Shown here one piece after another: positions 9,330 to 19,976 of a stretch of 64,000 nucleotides of DNA. The notes under the pieces were generated by a model. The model was not told the origin of the DNA. It saw only the letters and a list, made by a program, of their open reading frames with translations, and ran no database searches. The first letter of the stretch is position 1. The number at the start of each line of letters is the position of its first letter. The translations under genes were made by a program, and so were the position numbers. Source of the DNA: Muribaculaceae bacterium (GTDB taxonomy: Bacteria > Bacteroidota > Bacteroidia > Bacteroidales > Muribaculaceae); NCBI GenBank assembly GCA_009775365.1, contig VSPM01000001.1, positions 27,735 to 91,734 on the forward strand, written 5' to 3'.

Positions 9330-10670
9330 ATGAAATATATGTTTATAGCCGGCGAGGCATCCGGCGATTTACATGCCTCCAATCTTATTACCACATTAAG
9401 AAAACTCGATCCGGAAGCCGAGTTTCGCTTTTTTGGCGGCGATTTGATGGCCAAGGCGGCTCGCCGCAATCCTGAAGTCCATTATGAGAATATGAATGTG
9501 ATGGGATTTTCAGAGGTGTTCAGAAAATTGCCATGCCTGATTAAAAACCTTCGCACCGCCAAGAAAGTAATAAAGGAGTTTCATCCGGATGTGCTTATAC
9601 TGGTTGACTATCCGAGTTTCAATCTGAAACTTGCAAAATATGCCCATGGACTTGGCATAAAGGTTGACTATTTCATATCCCCCAAAGTGTGGGCGTGGAA
9701 GGAATACAGGGTTAAATCAATTAAGAGATATGTCGATAATCTCTATTCTATACTTCCGTTTGAAGTCGGGTTCTATAATAGGCACGGCTATAAGGTGACT
9801 TATGTAGGGAATCCTTCCGTGCAAGAAATGGACTATGCTTTGGGCCATCTTCCGCCGCGGCGGCATTTTGTGGAGCGGCAGGGACTTGGAGAGCAGGATA
9901 AGCCGATCATTGCTCTGCTCCCGGGTTCGCGCCGAAGCGAGATTCGCAATAATCTGCCTATTATGATTGCGGCGGCGAAGAGATTCCCGGATTTTCAATA
10001 TGCTGTGGCGGCTGCGCCGGCCGTGCCGGAGAAATTCTACAGGGAGATTGCCCAGGATCCGGGTCTGCAAGTGGTGTTCGGGGCTACGCCTACTCTTCTG
10101 AAATATTCGCAGGCCGCAGTTGTGACTTCCGGCACCGCTACTCTTGAGACCGCCCTTATAGGCACTCCGCAGGTTGTGTGCTATCGCGGCAACGGACGGA
10201 AACTCACATATAGCATAATGGAGAAATTGCTGAAAGTGAAATATGTGTCGCTCCCGAATCTTATTGTAGGCAACAGTGTGGTGCCTGAACTGCTGTTGCA
10301 TCTTTGCACACCCGATGCGGTGGCGCGGGAACTGTCGCCGCTTCTTCAGCAGTCGCCGCGCAGAGAATGGCAGGTGAGCGGATACAAGAATATGCGTCGC
10401 CGGCTCGGCAACAGTGTCGCGAGCGACTATGCCGCTGAACTGATTACTGATTCTCTTGGCCTGAATCGCAGTGAAACAAGTGGAGAGGGAAGTGTGGAAA
10501 ATAGTGCGACCGAAGCAGATGAACAAAATCGCAGTGAGTCTCCGCGCCGCAAGGGGTCTCCTGGGCGGCATCGCGAAGATGCAGAGAATGCAGATAAGCC
10601 TTCCGACACGCCACGAAAGCCGCGCCGGCCTTATAGGAAACCTCGTCGAAAACCTGAAGACAGTGAATAA
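9330..10670 (+). CDS. lpxB: lipid-A-disaccharide synthase with an unusual charged C-terminal tail
   Basis: The N-terminus MKYMFIAGEASGDLHASNLI and the strings PGSRRSEI and TSGTATLETAL are LpxB hallmarks. About 70 extra residues rich in R/K/E/P/S follow the catalytic domain. Confidence 0.9.
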   Translation: MKYMFIAGEASGDLHASNLITTLRKLDPEAEFRFFGGDLMAKAARRNPEVHYENMNVMGFSEVFRKLPCLIKNLRTAKKVIKEFHPDVLILVDYPSFNLKLAKYAHGLGIKVDYFISPKVWAWKEYRVKSIKRYVDNLYSILPFEVGFYNRHGYKVTYVGNPSVQEMDYALGHLPPRRHFVERQGLGEQDKPIIALLPGSRRSEIRNNLPIMIAAAKRFPDFQYAVAAAPAVPEKFYREIAQDPGLQVVFGATPTLLKYSQAAVVTSGTATLETALIGTPQVVCYRGNGRKLTYSIMEKLLKVKYVSLPNLIVGNSVVPELLLHLCTPDAVARELSPLLQQSPRREWQVSGYKNMRRRLGNSVASDYAAELITDSLGLNRSETSGEGSVENSATEADEQNRSESPRRKGSPGRHREDAENADKPSDTPRKPRRPYRKPRRKPEDSE

Positions 10671-10675
10671 ACAGA

Positions 10676-10730
10676 AATCCCTTCCGGACTATTTTGAAGT
10701 GTGACCCACACTTTAAATGCGGAAGGGATT
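10676..10730. terminator. hairpin between convergent lpxB and the SDR gene
   Basis: aatcccttccg (10676-10686) pairs with cggaagggatt (10720-10730). There is an inner stem aagtgtg/cacactt, and ttgttgtt follows. Confidence 0.45.
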
Positions 10731-10784
10731 TTGTTGTTAATAAGTAGTCGATAAGATTGTCAGATCGTAAATCAGGATATGCTA

Positions 10785-11531
10785 TTACTTGCGGCAAATC
10801 ACGCTGCCGCTTGCCTGATGAGTGGCAAGGATAAGCATTTCTGCAATCTGAACATGTGCCGGGGCTTGCACTGCATATATCATGGCGTCGGCTATGTCTT
10901 CGCCTGTGAGGGGCGCGATGCCTTTATACACGTTGGCGGCGCGCTCCTTGTCGCCATGGAATCTCACTTCGCTGAAACGTGTCTCAACAAGTCCCGGCTT
11001 CAGGAGTGTCACTCTCACCGGAGTTTCAGCGAGGTCTATTCGCAGTCCGTCAGTGATAGCTTTCACTGCGGCTTTTGTCCCGCAATACACGTTGCCGTTT
11101 GCATAGGCGGCGTCTCCTGCCACGGAGCCGATGTTGACTACGTGTCCTTTCCCTCTGGCCACCATTCCGGGCACAACGGCGCGGGTCATGTAGAGTAGTC
11201 CTTTAATGTTTGTGTCGATCATTGTGTCCCAGTCGCGGTAGTCTCCCTCATATTCGCGGTCGAGTCCGAGGGCGAGTCCGGCATTGTTGACGAGCACGTC
11301 AATATCCTGCCAGTCGGCAGGCAGCGAAGCCACTGAAGCCTCTGCGATTTCACGGTCGCGCACGTCGAACACGAGAGGGTAGGCGTCATTGCCTAATTCT
11401 TCTTTAAGAGCGTTGAGGCGCGCCACATTGCGCCCGGTGATAATCACGCGGTAGCCGGCGGCATGTAGCCGGCGGGCGCAAGCCTCGCCGATTCCGCTTG
11501 TAGCCCCGGTCACAATAGCTGTCTTTTTCAT
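10785..11531 (-). CDS. short-chain dehydrogenase/reductase (YdfG-like NADP-dependent)
   Basis: TGATSGIGEA cofactor motif, NNAG, and the catalytic Y-x3-K in YCGTKAAV. Confidence 0.85.
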   Translation of the reverse strand: MKKTAIVTGATSGIGEACARRLHAAGYRVIITGRNVARLNALKEELGNDAYPLVFDVRDREIAEASVASLPADWQDIDVLVNNAGLALGLDREYEGDYRDWDTMIDTNIKGLLYMTRAVVPGMVARGKGHVVNIGSVAGDAAYANGNVYCGTKAAVKAITDGLRIDLAETPVRVTLLKPGLVETRFSEVRFHGDKERAANVYKGIAPLTGEDIADAMIYAVQAPAHVQIAEMLILATHQASGSVICRK

Positions 11532-11758
11532 TGGTATGTATAATTTATGGAAAATGTATTAAAATTTTTTCAAAGTTAGTGAGAATTCTCGGCATTGTCT
11601 CTTTTTTGTTCCGAAAAAATTAAATAGTCGGAATGATGTCTTTATTGGAAAATGTGCGATCTAATCTATATTTCGGACTGATGATGACAGCAGAATAAAA
11701 AAGCGATGTCGACAGATGCCGGCATCGCATGGGTATATTTGGGAAATTTTGGGTTATG

Positions 11759-12637
11759 TCATTCGGTGAGTTTTGCAGGGAGCACGGGCATGGCGCCTTG
11801 TTGGGTGCATACGAATGCGGATGTCTCAACTGCTTTGAGATGCGATTCTTCAACGGTGTGTCCTTTGAGGATGTTGGCTATGAAGGCTGCCGTGAAAGAG
11901 TCGCCTGCGCCTACAGTGTCGGCCACCTCCACTTTGGGTGTGGGCTGGAACGAAACGTTGCCGGGGGTGAAGACGTAACTGCCGTTGATGCCGCAGGTGA
12001 GTATGAGCATCTTGAGGTTGTATTTGCCAAGAAGGATCCAGCATTTGTCCTGAAGGTCGATTCCGGGGTATCCGAACATGCGGCTCACTGACACAAGCTC
12101 CTCGTCGTTAATTTTTAGGATGTTGCAACGTTTCATGGAGTTGCACAGGATTTCCTTGTTGTAGAATCCCTGGCGAAGATTGACGTCAAACACCACAAGA
12201 GTGTCGTCGTTTTTGGGCATTTCGTCGAGGAATCGGCTTATGGTTTCTCTCGACACCACGTTGCGTTGTGCAAGAGAGCCGAAGCATACAGCCTTTGTGT
12301 TGCGGGCGAGTTCTGCAAGCTGTTCTGTCCAGGGAATGTTGTCCCAGGCTACGTTCTCCTTGATTTCATATTGAGGGATGCCGGCCTGGTCTATTTCCAC
12401 CTGCACGGTGCCTGTGGGGTAAGGCACCTTCTCAATCATATATTTAATCTCTTTCTTATTGAAGTTCTCAAGCAGTTCATCGCCGAGAGCATCGTCGCCA
12501 ATGGCGCTTACGGCACAGCTGTCGATTCCAAATTGTGACACATGGTAGGCAAAGTTGGCTGGCGCGCCACCTATTTTCTTACCTTCAGGAAGGATGTCCC
12601 ACAGGGCTTCGCCCATTCCTACTACGATTTTGCTCAT
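11759..12637 (-). CDS. PfkB-family carbohydrate kinase, likely fructokinase
   Basis: PfkB signature DTVGAGDSF. Position downstream of GH32 and a sugar permease mirrors the known Bacteroides fructan locus arrangement. Confidence 0.8.
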   Translation of the reverse strand: MSKIVVGMGEALWDILPEGKKIGGAPANFAYHVSQFGIDSCAVSAIGDDALGDELLENFNKKEIKYMIEKVPYPTGTVQVEIDQAGIPQYEIKENVAWDNIPWTEQLAELARNTKAVCFGSLAQRNVVSRETISRFLDEMPKNDDTLVVFDVNLRQGFYNKEILCNSMKRCNILKINDEELVSVSRMFGYPGIDLQDKCWILLGKYNLKMLILTCGINGSYVFTPGNVSFQPTPKVEVADTVGAGDSFTAAFIANILKGHTVEESHLKAVETSAFVCTQQGAMPVLPAKLTE

Positions 12638-12646
12638 GATAAGATT

Positions 12647-13834
12647 TTATTTAATGGTTTTTATTCTAAGTGTGTAATAGAGGAGGAATGCCACTCCCAC
12701 GGTCATCACTGCCACTGCTCCGGCCTGTCCGACAGAGTCGGCGGCATATCCCATGGCCAGGGGGAAGACTGTGCCTCCGAAGAGGCCCATGATCATAAGT
12801 CCTGAAACTTCGTTCTTTTCGTTTGGCGAGGCCATGAGGGCCTGGGAGAAGATTACGGAGAACACGTTGGAATTGCCGAATCCGATTAGGGCGAGAGCCA
12901 CATAAATCGACATAAGGGTGTCGCACGCAAAAAGCATGCCCATGGCTATCAGCATCATTGCCACGCTGAGCCCGAAGAAAATTTTAGGCGACATTGAGCG
13001 CAGGATGAAAGCACCGAGGAAACATCCGGCTGTTCTGAAAATGAAGTAAACGCTGGTGGCGAATCCGGCTTCTTCAAGAGGCAGGCCGAGACGCTCCATG
13101 ATAATCTTGGGGGCGGTGGTGTTGGTGCCCACATCAATTCCCACATGGCACATTATGCCGAGGAAACATAGCAGGATGAACGGGCGGCCAAGGAGGCGGA
13201 GGCATTCGCCGATGCCTGATGCCTTGTCGGGGCGTTCCTCCTCAATGGGAGTGGCCGCGAGCACAGAGATCGACAGGAAGCTCACGATGGCGTATATCAC
13301 GAAGAGCGCTCTCCAGCCCAGCCCGAATGTGGGGATGTAAGTGGTGGCGCCCCAGGCCGCGAGAATCGGAGCGAGGAAAGAGGCGATGGCTTTCACAAAC
13401 TGCCCGAATGTGAGGGTTGAAGCCAGCTTGTCTTCACTGATGAGGTTGGTGACAAGAGGATTAAGAGATGTCTGCATTATGGCGTTGCCTATGCCGAGAA
13501 GCGAGAACGACAGGAGCATGGTGTAGTAGCCGTCGCCTGTGATAGGGAATATGAGCGACACTGTTGTGACCGCGAGACTTATGAGCACAGTCTTTTTGCG
13601 GCCAATCTTGTTCATAAGCATTCCGGTTGGAACGGAGAAGAGAAGGAACCAGAAGAACACGAGCGACGGGAAGAGGTTTGCCTGCGCGTCGGAGAGGCCG
13701 AGGTCTTTTTGCACATAGTTTGAGGCGGTGCCGACGAGATCTACGAATCCCATGGCGAAGAAGCAGAGCATCACGGGGACAATCTGCATTAGAGATGTCT
13801 TTTTCATTGAGGGTATTGCTTGGGTTGCGTCCAC
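12647..13834 (-). CDS. MFS sugar transporter (glucose/galactose-FucP type; probable fructose importer)
   Basis: 395 aa and highly hydrophobic with many predicted helices. It is 10 nt upstream of the kinase and 35 nt downstream of GH32. Confidence 0.8.
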   Translation of the reverse strand: MDATQAIPSMKKTSLMQIVPVMLCFFAMGFVDLVGTASNYVQKDLGLSDAQANLFPSLVFFWFLLFSVPTGMLMNKIGRKKTVLISLAVTTVSLIFPITGDGYYTMLLSFSLLGIGNAIMQTSLNPLVTNLISEDKLASTLTFGQFVKAIASFLAPILAAWGATTYIPTFGLGWRALFVIYAIVSFLSISVLAATPIEEERPDKASGIGECLRLLGRPFILLCFLGIMCHVGIDVGTNTTAPKIIMERLGLPLEEAGFATSVYFIFRTAGCFLGAFILRSMSPKIFFGLSVAMMLIAMGMLFACDTLMSIYVALALIGFGNSNVFSVIFSQALMASPNEKNEVSGLMIMGLFGGTVFPLAMGYAADSVGQAGAVAVMTVGVAFLLYYTLRIKTIK

Positions 13835-13868
13835 GTTGTTATGATTCTAATAGTTGAGGTTTGAGTGG

Positions 13869-15698
13869 TCACTCCAGATTGATGGAGTAGACATTCAGGC
13901 TTACGAGTTTTGCCTCGCCGCCGTCGGCTGAAACCGATAGTGATGAATATGGCTCGTTGGGGAACACGAGGTTGGTCATCACGAATCTGCCGTCGTTGCC
14001 AAACAGCTCGATGCTTGAGCGGTCAATAAATAATCGGAGGCTGATTTTGCCGTTGGTTTCAAAAGTGGGAGCTACGGTCACGGCCGGGAAGTCTTCGCTG
14101 AAGTCTATTATGCCGCTTTTGTTGCGGTTGAACGACATTGTGCGCGCTGCCGCGTCGTATGTCATGATCACTTTGTCGCCTATTTTGTTGGAAAGGGTGA
14201 TGTCTACTGTTTTTGCTTTTTTAGCCTCGAAAGAGAGGTCTATCTCACATATTCCGGGCAGATTGAACAATGATGGGGTTGAATTCAGAGTCTTTGATGA
14301 CTCGTTCACTGTTTTGTTGCCTCTCAGAGCCAAAAGTTCGGGAGAGGGTTTGCTGGAAGCGTAGACCTGGCCGTCTTTCATGCGGAACAGCCCTATTTCG
14401 CGAGGGAGAGTGTTGGCGCTTCTGTATTGAAGGGTTGGCACCTCTGCTGCATATTGCCAGTTGCTCATCCACCCGATCACGGTGCGCCGGTTGTCGGGAG
14501 TGTCGCTCCAGCTCACTGTGGCATAGTGGTCTTTGCCGAAGTCAAGCCATTTGGTAGGCACGTTTCCGGAAGCGTCGGTGTCGGCAGTGAATTTTTTGCC
14601 ATCGAAATCACCTATGAAATATTGGGTGGCGCTGCCGCCGAAGATTCCGCCCGGGTTAAGATTGCAGAGAAGCACCCATTTTTTTGTTTTGGTTCCTTCC
14701 ACAGGAAGTTCAAAGAGATCGGGACATTCCCACACTCCATCCTGAGCGCCGAGCCCTTTGCCAAAACTGCTTTGGAGAGTCCAGTTGATGAGGTCGGGCG
14801 AGGTGAAGAAAAGCATCTCATGGTCGAGAGCGTGAGCCAGCACGAGATTCCATTCACCGGTTTTTTCGTTCCAGAACATATTCGGGTCGCGTGCCTCGCT
14901 TTCGAGAGTGATCACAGGGTTGCCGGGATAGATGTTGAAAGTTGTTCCATTGTCATCGCTTGAGGCGAAGCTCTGCATCTGGCTTGTGCCTGCTGATGTG
15001 TACATGGCTATCACTGCATCCTTGCCGAATCCGGAAGTGTTATTCCTGTCGATGGCGCAGCTTCCGCTGAATACTGCTCCCAGCCCGTTGGGGCGTATTG
15101 CTATAGGCATATGTTCCCAGTGAATGAGGTCGGAAGACTTTGAGTGTCCCCATGTCATGTTCTGCCATTTTGAACCGTAGGGGTTATACTGGTAGTAAAG
15201 ATGCCATTCGCCGTCTTTGAAAAACATTCCGTTCGGGTCGTTCATCCATCCGTAGAGAGGGGTGTGGTGATAGGCGGGACGGAATTTAGATTCGCGGTCG
15301 CTTACATCGAAAGTGTCAGACAGGGAAATCCCTTTCCAACAGCAGTCCTCTTTTGCTTCGCGCACTGTGCTTCTGCCCTGGGGAGTGACCACGTCGAGGA
15401 TGACATCTTTCCCTTTGTAGCGTGAAAGGTCGAAAGGCACAGTGTAGTCTGTTTTTGAGCGGGCGAGCTTCACATATATTGTCTCGGCAATGTTGCCGTC
15501 TACGAGCACATTTATGCGGGCGTCGTCGTTAGACTCCTGAACCGGGAGGATAAGATATTTTCCCTCTCCGGTGACGCGCACCAGAGTGTTGTTTACTCCG
15601 AGATGGTCAATCTGCACGCCTTCGGCAGCAGAGAGTGTGGAGGAGGCAGATGCCCCAATCATTATCAAGGCTGTCAGGCCTGAGGTTATCTTTTTCAT
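13869..15698 (-). CDS. glycoside hydrolase family 32 (beta-fructofuranosidase / exo-fructanase), secreted
   Basis: Signal peptide, then the GH32 catalytic motifs WMNDPNG, RDPNMFW and WECPDLF, plus a C-terminal beta-sandwich region. Confidence 0.9.
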   Translation of the reverse strand: MKKITSGLTALIMIGASASSTLSAAEGVQIDHLGVNNTLVRVTGEGKYLILPVQESNDDARINVLVDGNIAETIYVKLARSKTDYTVPFDLSRYKGKDVILDVVTPQGRSTVREAKEDCCWKGISLSDTFDVSDRESKFRPAYHHTPLYGWMNDPNGMFFKDGEWHLYYQYNPYGSKWQNMTWGHSKSSDLIHWEHMPIAIRPNGLGAVFSGSCAIDRNNTSGFGKDAVIAMYTSAGTSQMQSFASSDDNGTTFNIYPGNPVITLESEARDPNMFWNEKTGEWNLVLAHALDHEMLFFTSPDLINWTLQSSFGKGLGAQDGVWECPDLFELPVEGTKTKKWVLLCNLNPGGIFGGSATQYFIGDFDGKKFTADTDASGNVPTKWLDFGKDHYATVSWSDTPDNRRTVIGWMSNWQYAAEVPTLQYRSANTLPREIGLFRMKDGQVYASSKPSPELLALRGNKTVNESSKTLNSTPSLFNLPGICEIDLSFEAKKAKTVDITLSNKIGDKVIMTYDAAARTMSFNRNKSGIIDFSEDFPAVTVAPTFETNGKISLRLFIDRSSIELFGNDGRFVMTNLVFPNEPYSSLSVSADGGEAKLVSLNVYSINLE

Positions 15699-16020
15699 TA
15701 TTGTCGTTTTTTCGTTTTTAAGTTTAACCTGAATACAATCTTTTTTACCTTGTAAGATTTCAATCGCTGCAGTAGCTTAATCTTACTAACCTAACTTTAT
15801 TATGAAATCCTGAAAAAAGCTTCTCCTTCTTCATGAAGGGTTTGCTCTGCTTTCACACTGCAAAACTACAATGTATTTGATTTTTAGGTTATAAATAAAC
15901 GTGCATAAGATGTAAGATTTGTTGCATCGCATATTTTTTTACATGAAATGCAATCTTTTTAATAGGATTTGGTTAAATTTGCGGATATTTAGGAAAAATC
16001 TGATATTATTGCTCAATCTA

Positions 16021-19000
16021 ATGAAAAAACTCTGCGAATCGATTTTTATATTTTTCTCAATTGTTTTGCTTGCATCATGCTCCGAAGAGAGGGTATATAA
16101 GATAGGGGTGTCGCAATGTAGCCAGGATGACTGGCGAGAAAAAATGAATGATGAAGTCAAGCGAGAAATCATGTTTCATGAGGATGCCGTGGTTGAGATT
16201 CGTTCTGCCGATGACAACAATCAAAAGCAAATAGAGGATATAAAATATTTTGCCGACAATGGATTCGACATTCTGATAGTCTCTCCCAACGAGGCTGCTG
16301 AGCTTACGCCAGTAATAAAGGAGGTTTATGAAAACGGTATGCCGGTGATTATTTTTGACCGTAATATCAATGGCGACACCTATACGGCCCGAATTGGTGT
16401 GGATGACGAAGGTCTCGGGCGCTCTGCGGCTCACTATGCGGTGCATATGAAAGGGAAAGATGCAAAAGCCATCGAGATTTTCGGGCTCAGAGGGTCTACT
16501 CCTGCCGAAGGAAGACACCAGGGGTTTTCTAAGGAATTTGCCAGGGAGGGTGGACATTTGCTTGCAAGCGTGGCGGCAAACTGGAATAAAGAGGATGCAG
16601 TGCCTGTTGTAGATTCACTTCTGAACATATATCCTGATGTAGATCTGATTTTTGCCCACAACGACCGCATGGCTATAGGGGCATCGGAAGTGGCGCGGCG
16701 CCACGGGCGCGGTGATATAACCATAATAGGCATTGACGCTGCCCCAAACATTGGAATCAAGGCTGTGGCCGACAGCGTGATTGATGCCACTTTCCTTTAT
16801 CCTACCGAGGGGCACAGGCTTATTCAGACCGCATTGAAGATCTTAAAGGGAAAACCTTACGAACGAGAGGTGATATTGCCTGTGTCGTCGGCTGTTGACC
16901 TTTCAAATGCCGACATACTGCTTCTGCCGAAGGAAGACACCAGGGGTTTTCTAAGGAATTTGCCAGGGAGGGTGGACATTTGCTTGCAAGCGTGGCGGCA
17001 AACTGGAATAAAGAGGATGCAGTGCCTGTTGTAGATTCACTTCTGAACATATATCCTGATGTAGATCTGATTTTTGCCCACAACGACCGCATGGCTATAG
17101 GGGCATCGGAAGTGGCGCGGCGCCACGGGCGCGGTGATATAACCATAATAGGCATTGACGCTGCCCCAAACATTGGAATCAAGGCTGTGGCCGACAGCGT
17201 GATTGATGCCACTTTCCTTTATCCTACCGAGGGGCACAGGCTTATTCAGACCGCATTGAAGATCTTAAAGGGAAAACCTTACGAACGAGAGGTGATATTG
17301 CCTGTGTCGTCGGCTGTTGACCTTTCAAATGCCGACATACTGCTTCTGCAAAATGAGACTCTTAATGAGGAAACCGGCAAGATGAGGCTGCTTAAAAGAA
17401 GAATCGACGACTATTGGGCGCAGCATTCATCGCAGACATCGCTGTTTTATGCCAGCATTGCGATAATAATCCTGCTGTTTGGAGTGTTTTTTCTGTTGCT
17501 CAGGGCATTCTGGCAGCATCGGCGTCATCAGGCGATGCTTATGGATCAGAACCGGCTGCTGGAAGAAGAGCGGGACAAACAGAAAATGCTCAATGAGAAA
17601 CTTGAGGAGGCCACACAGTCTAAACTGATGTTTTTCACCAATGTCTCGCATGACCTTCGGACTCCGCTCACTCTTATAGCCGAGCCTGTGGCTCAGCTTG
17701 CAGAGGCTGACAATCTCACGCGGCAGCAAGCCACATTGATAAAGATTGCCGATAAGAATGTAAGAATACTACGCCGTCTTATTAATCAGATTCTTGATTT
17801 TCGCAAGTATGAGAATGGCAAACTCGACTTGAAACTTTCGGAAGTGGATTTTGGAAAGGCTATTGAAGAATGGATGGAATCGTTTCGTGCCGTGGCTCGC
17901 AAGCGCGACATAAGACTCGCGCTCGATGCTCCTGATGGGGAATCTGTAAAGATGGCTCTTGATTCTGAAAAGATTGAGCGTGTGTTTTTCAATCTTGTGT
18001 CGAACGCTTTTAAATACACTCCCGACAATGGCACTATAACAGTGGCGTATCATATTGATGGAGATATGCTTAGTTTAAGTGTTGCTGACACCGGCGAAGG
18101 CATAAGTGAACGAGATCTGGGAAATATATTCGATCGTTTCTTTCAGGTTGACCGTGTTCATCCCAAAGGGTCGGGAATAGGATTGTCGCTTGCCAAGGCG
18201 TTTGTGGAACTTCATGGCGGCTCGATCTCGGTGGAAAGTGAGGTCAACAAGGGCTCTGTGTTTACGGTGAAACTTCCTGTTATACACGTTTCGGAGGTGG
18301 CTTCTGAGGTGGAGCCTGTAAATTCAGGAGCCGATGTCGAGGCGGAGCTGGGGAGCATAGAATCAGCATTTGAAATGGAAGCGGAGAAGCCTGTTGTGCT
18401 CGTGATTGACGATAACCGCGACATACAGAAACTTGTGGGTGAACTTCTTGCGGCTGATTATAATGTGGTAGTGGCTTCTAATGGGGCTGAGGGTGTGAAG
18501 AGGGCCGTGAAATATGTGCCCGACCTTGTGATTTGCGATGTGATGATGCCTGTGATGGATGGCCTGGAGTGTTGCCGCAGGCTCAAAGAAGAGGTGTCTA
18601 CTTCACACATACCTGTGTTGATGCTGACTGCATGCTCTATGGATGAGCAGAGAGTGCAAGGCTACGAAAGCGGAGCAGATGGCTATCTTGCGAAGCCGTT
18701 CAGTGCTAAAGTGCTGTTGTCGAGATGTTCGAGCCTTATTGCCAATAGAAAACGCATTAAAGAACTGTGGCAAAGCGCGGTGAATGCTGTTGCTGAGAAG
18801 CAGAGGGAGGCAGTGAAAGAGGAAAAACAAAAGGCGGACAAGCCGGTGGCCTCTGACATAGATAATCAGTTCTATAACCGGTTTATCGAGATTTTCATGG
18901 CCGAGATAGGTAATTCGGAGTTGACGGTAGACAGCCTGGCATCTAAAATGGGTTTGGAGCGCACACAGTTCTATCGCAAGATAAAGGCATTGACTAATTA

Positions 19001-19190
19001 TTCTCCGGTTGAGCTTATGCGCAACCTAAGGCTGAAGCAGGCTCGTGTGCTTGTCACCACCACCGACAAGACAATAAGTGAAATTGGCTATGACATGGGT
19101 TTTTCCACTCCGGCCTATTTTACTAAATGTTATCGCGAAGCCTTCGGCGAGACACCCACTGAGACTCGCACCAAGCTTGGCTCCAGATAA
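16021..19190 (+). pseudogene. hybrid two-component system sensor kinase/response regulator (periplasmic sugar-binding domain + HisKA/HATPase + receiver + AraC HTH), frameshifted by a 422-bp internal tandem duplication
   Basis: The gene is split into ORFs 15919-17034 and 16980-19190. The break lies at the duplication junction (ADILLL then out of frame). Length minus 422 equals 2748 nt, or 916 codons. The domains are collinear with the intact paralog at 23229-25979. Confidence 0.8.
16503..17346 (+). repeat. perfect direct tandem duplication, 2 x 422 bp (16503-16924 and 16925-17346)
   Basis: The two copies read identically base for base by eye. Antisense ORFs 16615-16815 and 17037-17237 are identical and offset by exactly 422 nt. 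ORFs 16434-16790 and 16820-17212 share the same start offset of 422 nt and an identical N-terminal ~96 aa. Confidence 0.9.
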
Positions 19191-19228
19191 TTGATTCATC
19201 AAAACACATAGAACCACCTGATAAAAAA

Positions 19229-19264
19229 CAACCTTCGGAATTCATTTCCCGAAGGTTGCTTTTT
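19229..19264 (+). terminator. rho-independent-type terminator after the first sensor gene
   Basis: caaccttcgg (19229-19238) pairs with ccgaaggttg (19249-19258), followed by cttttt. Confidence 0.6.
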
Positions 19265-19291
19265 ATCGGGGCTCATGTCACAGAGATGCTA

Positions 19292-19915
19292 TTATGTCGG
19301 CAGATAGACCTGTTGCTCTGACGATTGAGTCCACATCCCGGTCAACCCCCTATGGTGTCCTGAGGATACTGCGCTACAATAGTCATGATACAGTTTCATG
19401 TCGCTTTCATAGCGTCGGCGATCTTCTTTGGAAAGATTCTCCATGCCGGCCACCTCTGCCACTCGTTTGAAAATGGGGTTTCTGTCTGCAAACGGTATTG
19501 ACACTACAGGCATATACTCGTAGTTCCATTTCCGAGGCTTGCTCTGTTCGGTTATGGCCCGTGACGCATAATTCAATACGCGTTCTGTGAACCAGTCGTG
19601 GTATAGGTTCTGCATTTCCACGATAAACCGTCGCTTGTCAGATGTCTCGCAGTGCAGGTCAAAAGCCACGGAGCCTTCTTCCTCCTGTTCGCATATTTTC
19701 TCTTTGTCATGAAAATCCAGGCTGACAATTGGTGCGTCACCATCCCCCTCAAGGATTGCATTGAGCAGAGAAATCAGAATATCTTTTGAAGATTCTCTTC
19801 CGAATAGGATTTTAAATCCTGGGTCCGTAGTAGGGTTTATAAATTGCCCGGGTGTGGTATATTTTCCTATTGTCAGCCATTGTTTCAAAGGTTTTGTCTC
19901 ATCTTGCAAATACAA
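19292..19915 (-). CDS. PD-(D/E)XK nuclease-family transposase-like protein (Rpn/PDDEXK_2 type), probably truncated or degraded at the C-terminus
   Basis: The N-terminal region (INPTTDPGFKILFGRESSKDILISLLNAIL, FDLHCE, FIVEMQN) is typical. The protein is shorter than usual and its C-terminus is atypical. Confidence 0.6.
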   Translation of the reverse strand: MYLQDETKPLKQWLTIGKYTTPGQFINPTTDPGFKILFGRESSKDILISLLNAILEGDGDAPIVSLDFHDKEKICEQEEEGSVAFDLHCETSDKRRFIVEMQNLYHDWFTERVLNYASRAITEQSKPRKWNYEYMPVVSIPFADRNPIFKRVAEVAGMENLSKEDRRRYESDMKLYHDYCSAVSSGHHRGLTGMWTQSSEQQVYLPT

Positions 19916-19976
19916 TAGTTAAATCTCGTAATTCCAAATAGAAACACGTCTTAAGGTCAATACCCGCCTTGCGCCG

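Noticed and set aside
16434-17237. Two pairs of identical or near-identical antisense ORFs (16434-16790 / 16820-17212 and 16615-16815 / 17037-17237) that could look like duplicated small genes
   Set aside because: They lie antisense to the sensor gene and are exactly 422 nt apart. They are shadows of the tandem duplication, not independent genes.
15919-19190. Reading the two sensor ORFs as a genuine split system (separate periplasmic binding protein plus kinase/regulator)
   Set aside because: The split falls exactly at the duplication junction. The second ORF begins inside a re-read sensor-domain segment with no signal peptide, and removing one 422-bp copy restores a single frame collinear with the intact paralog.
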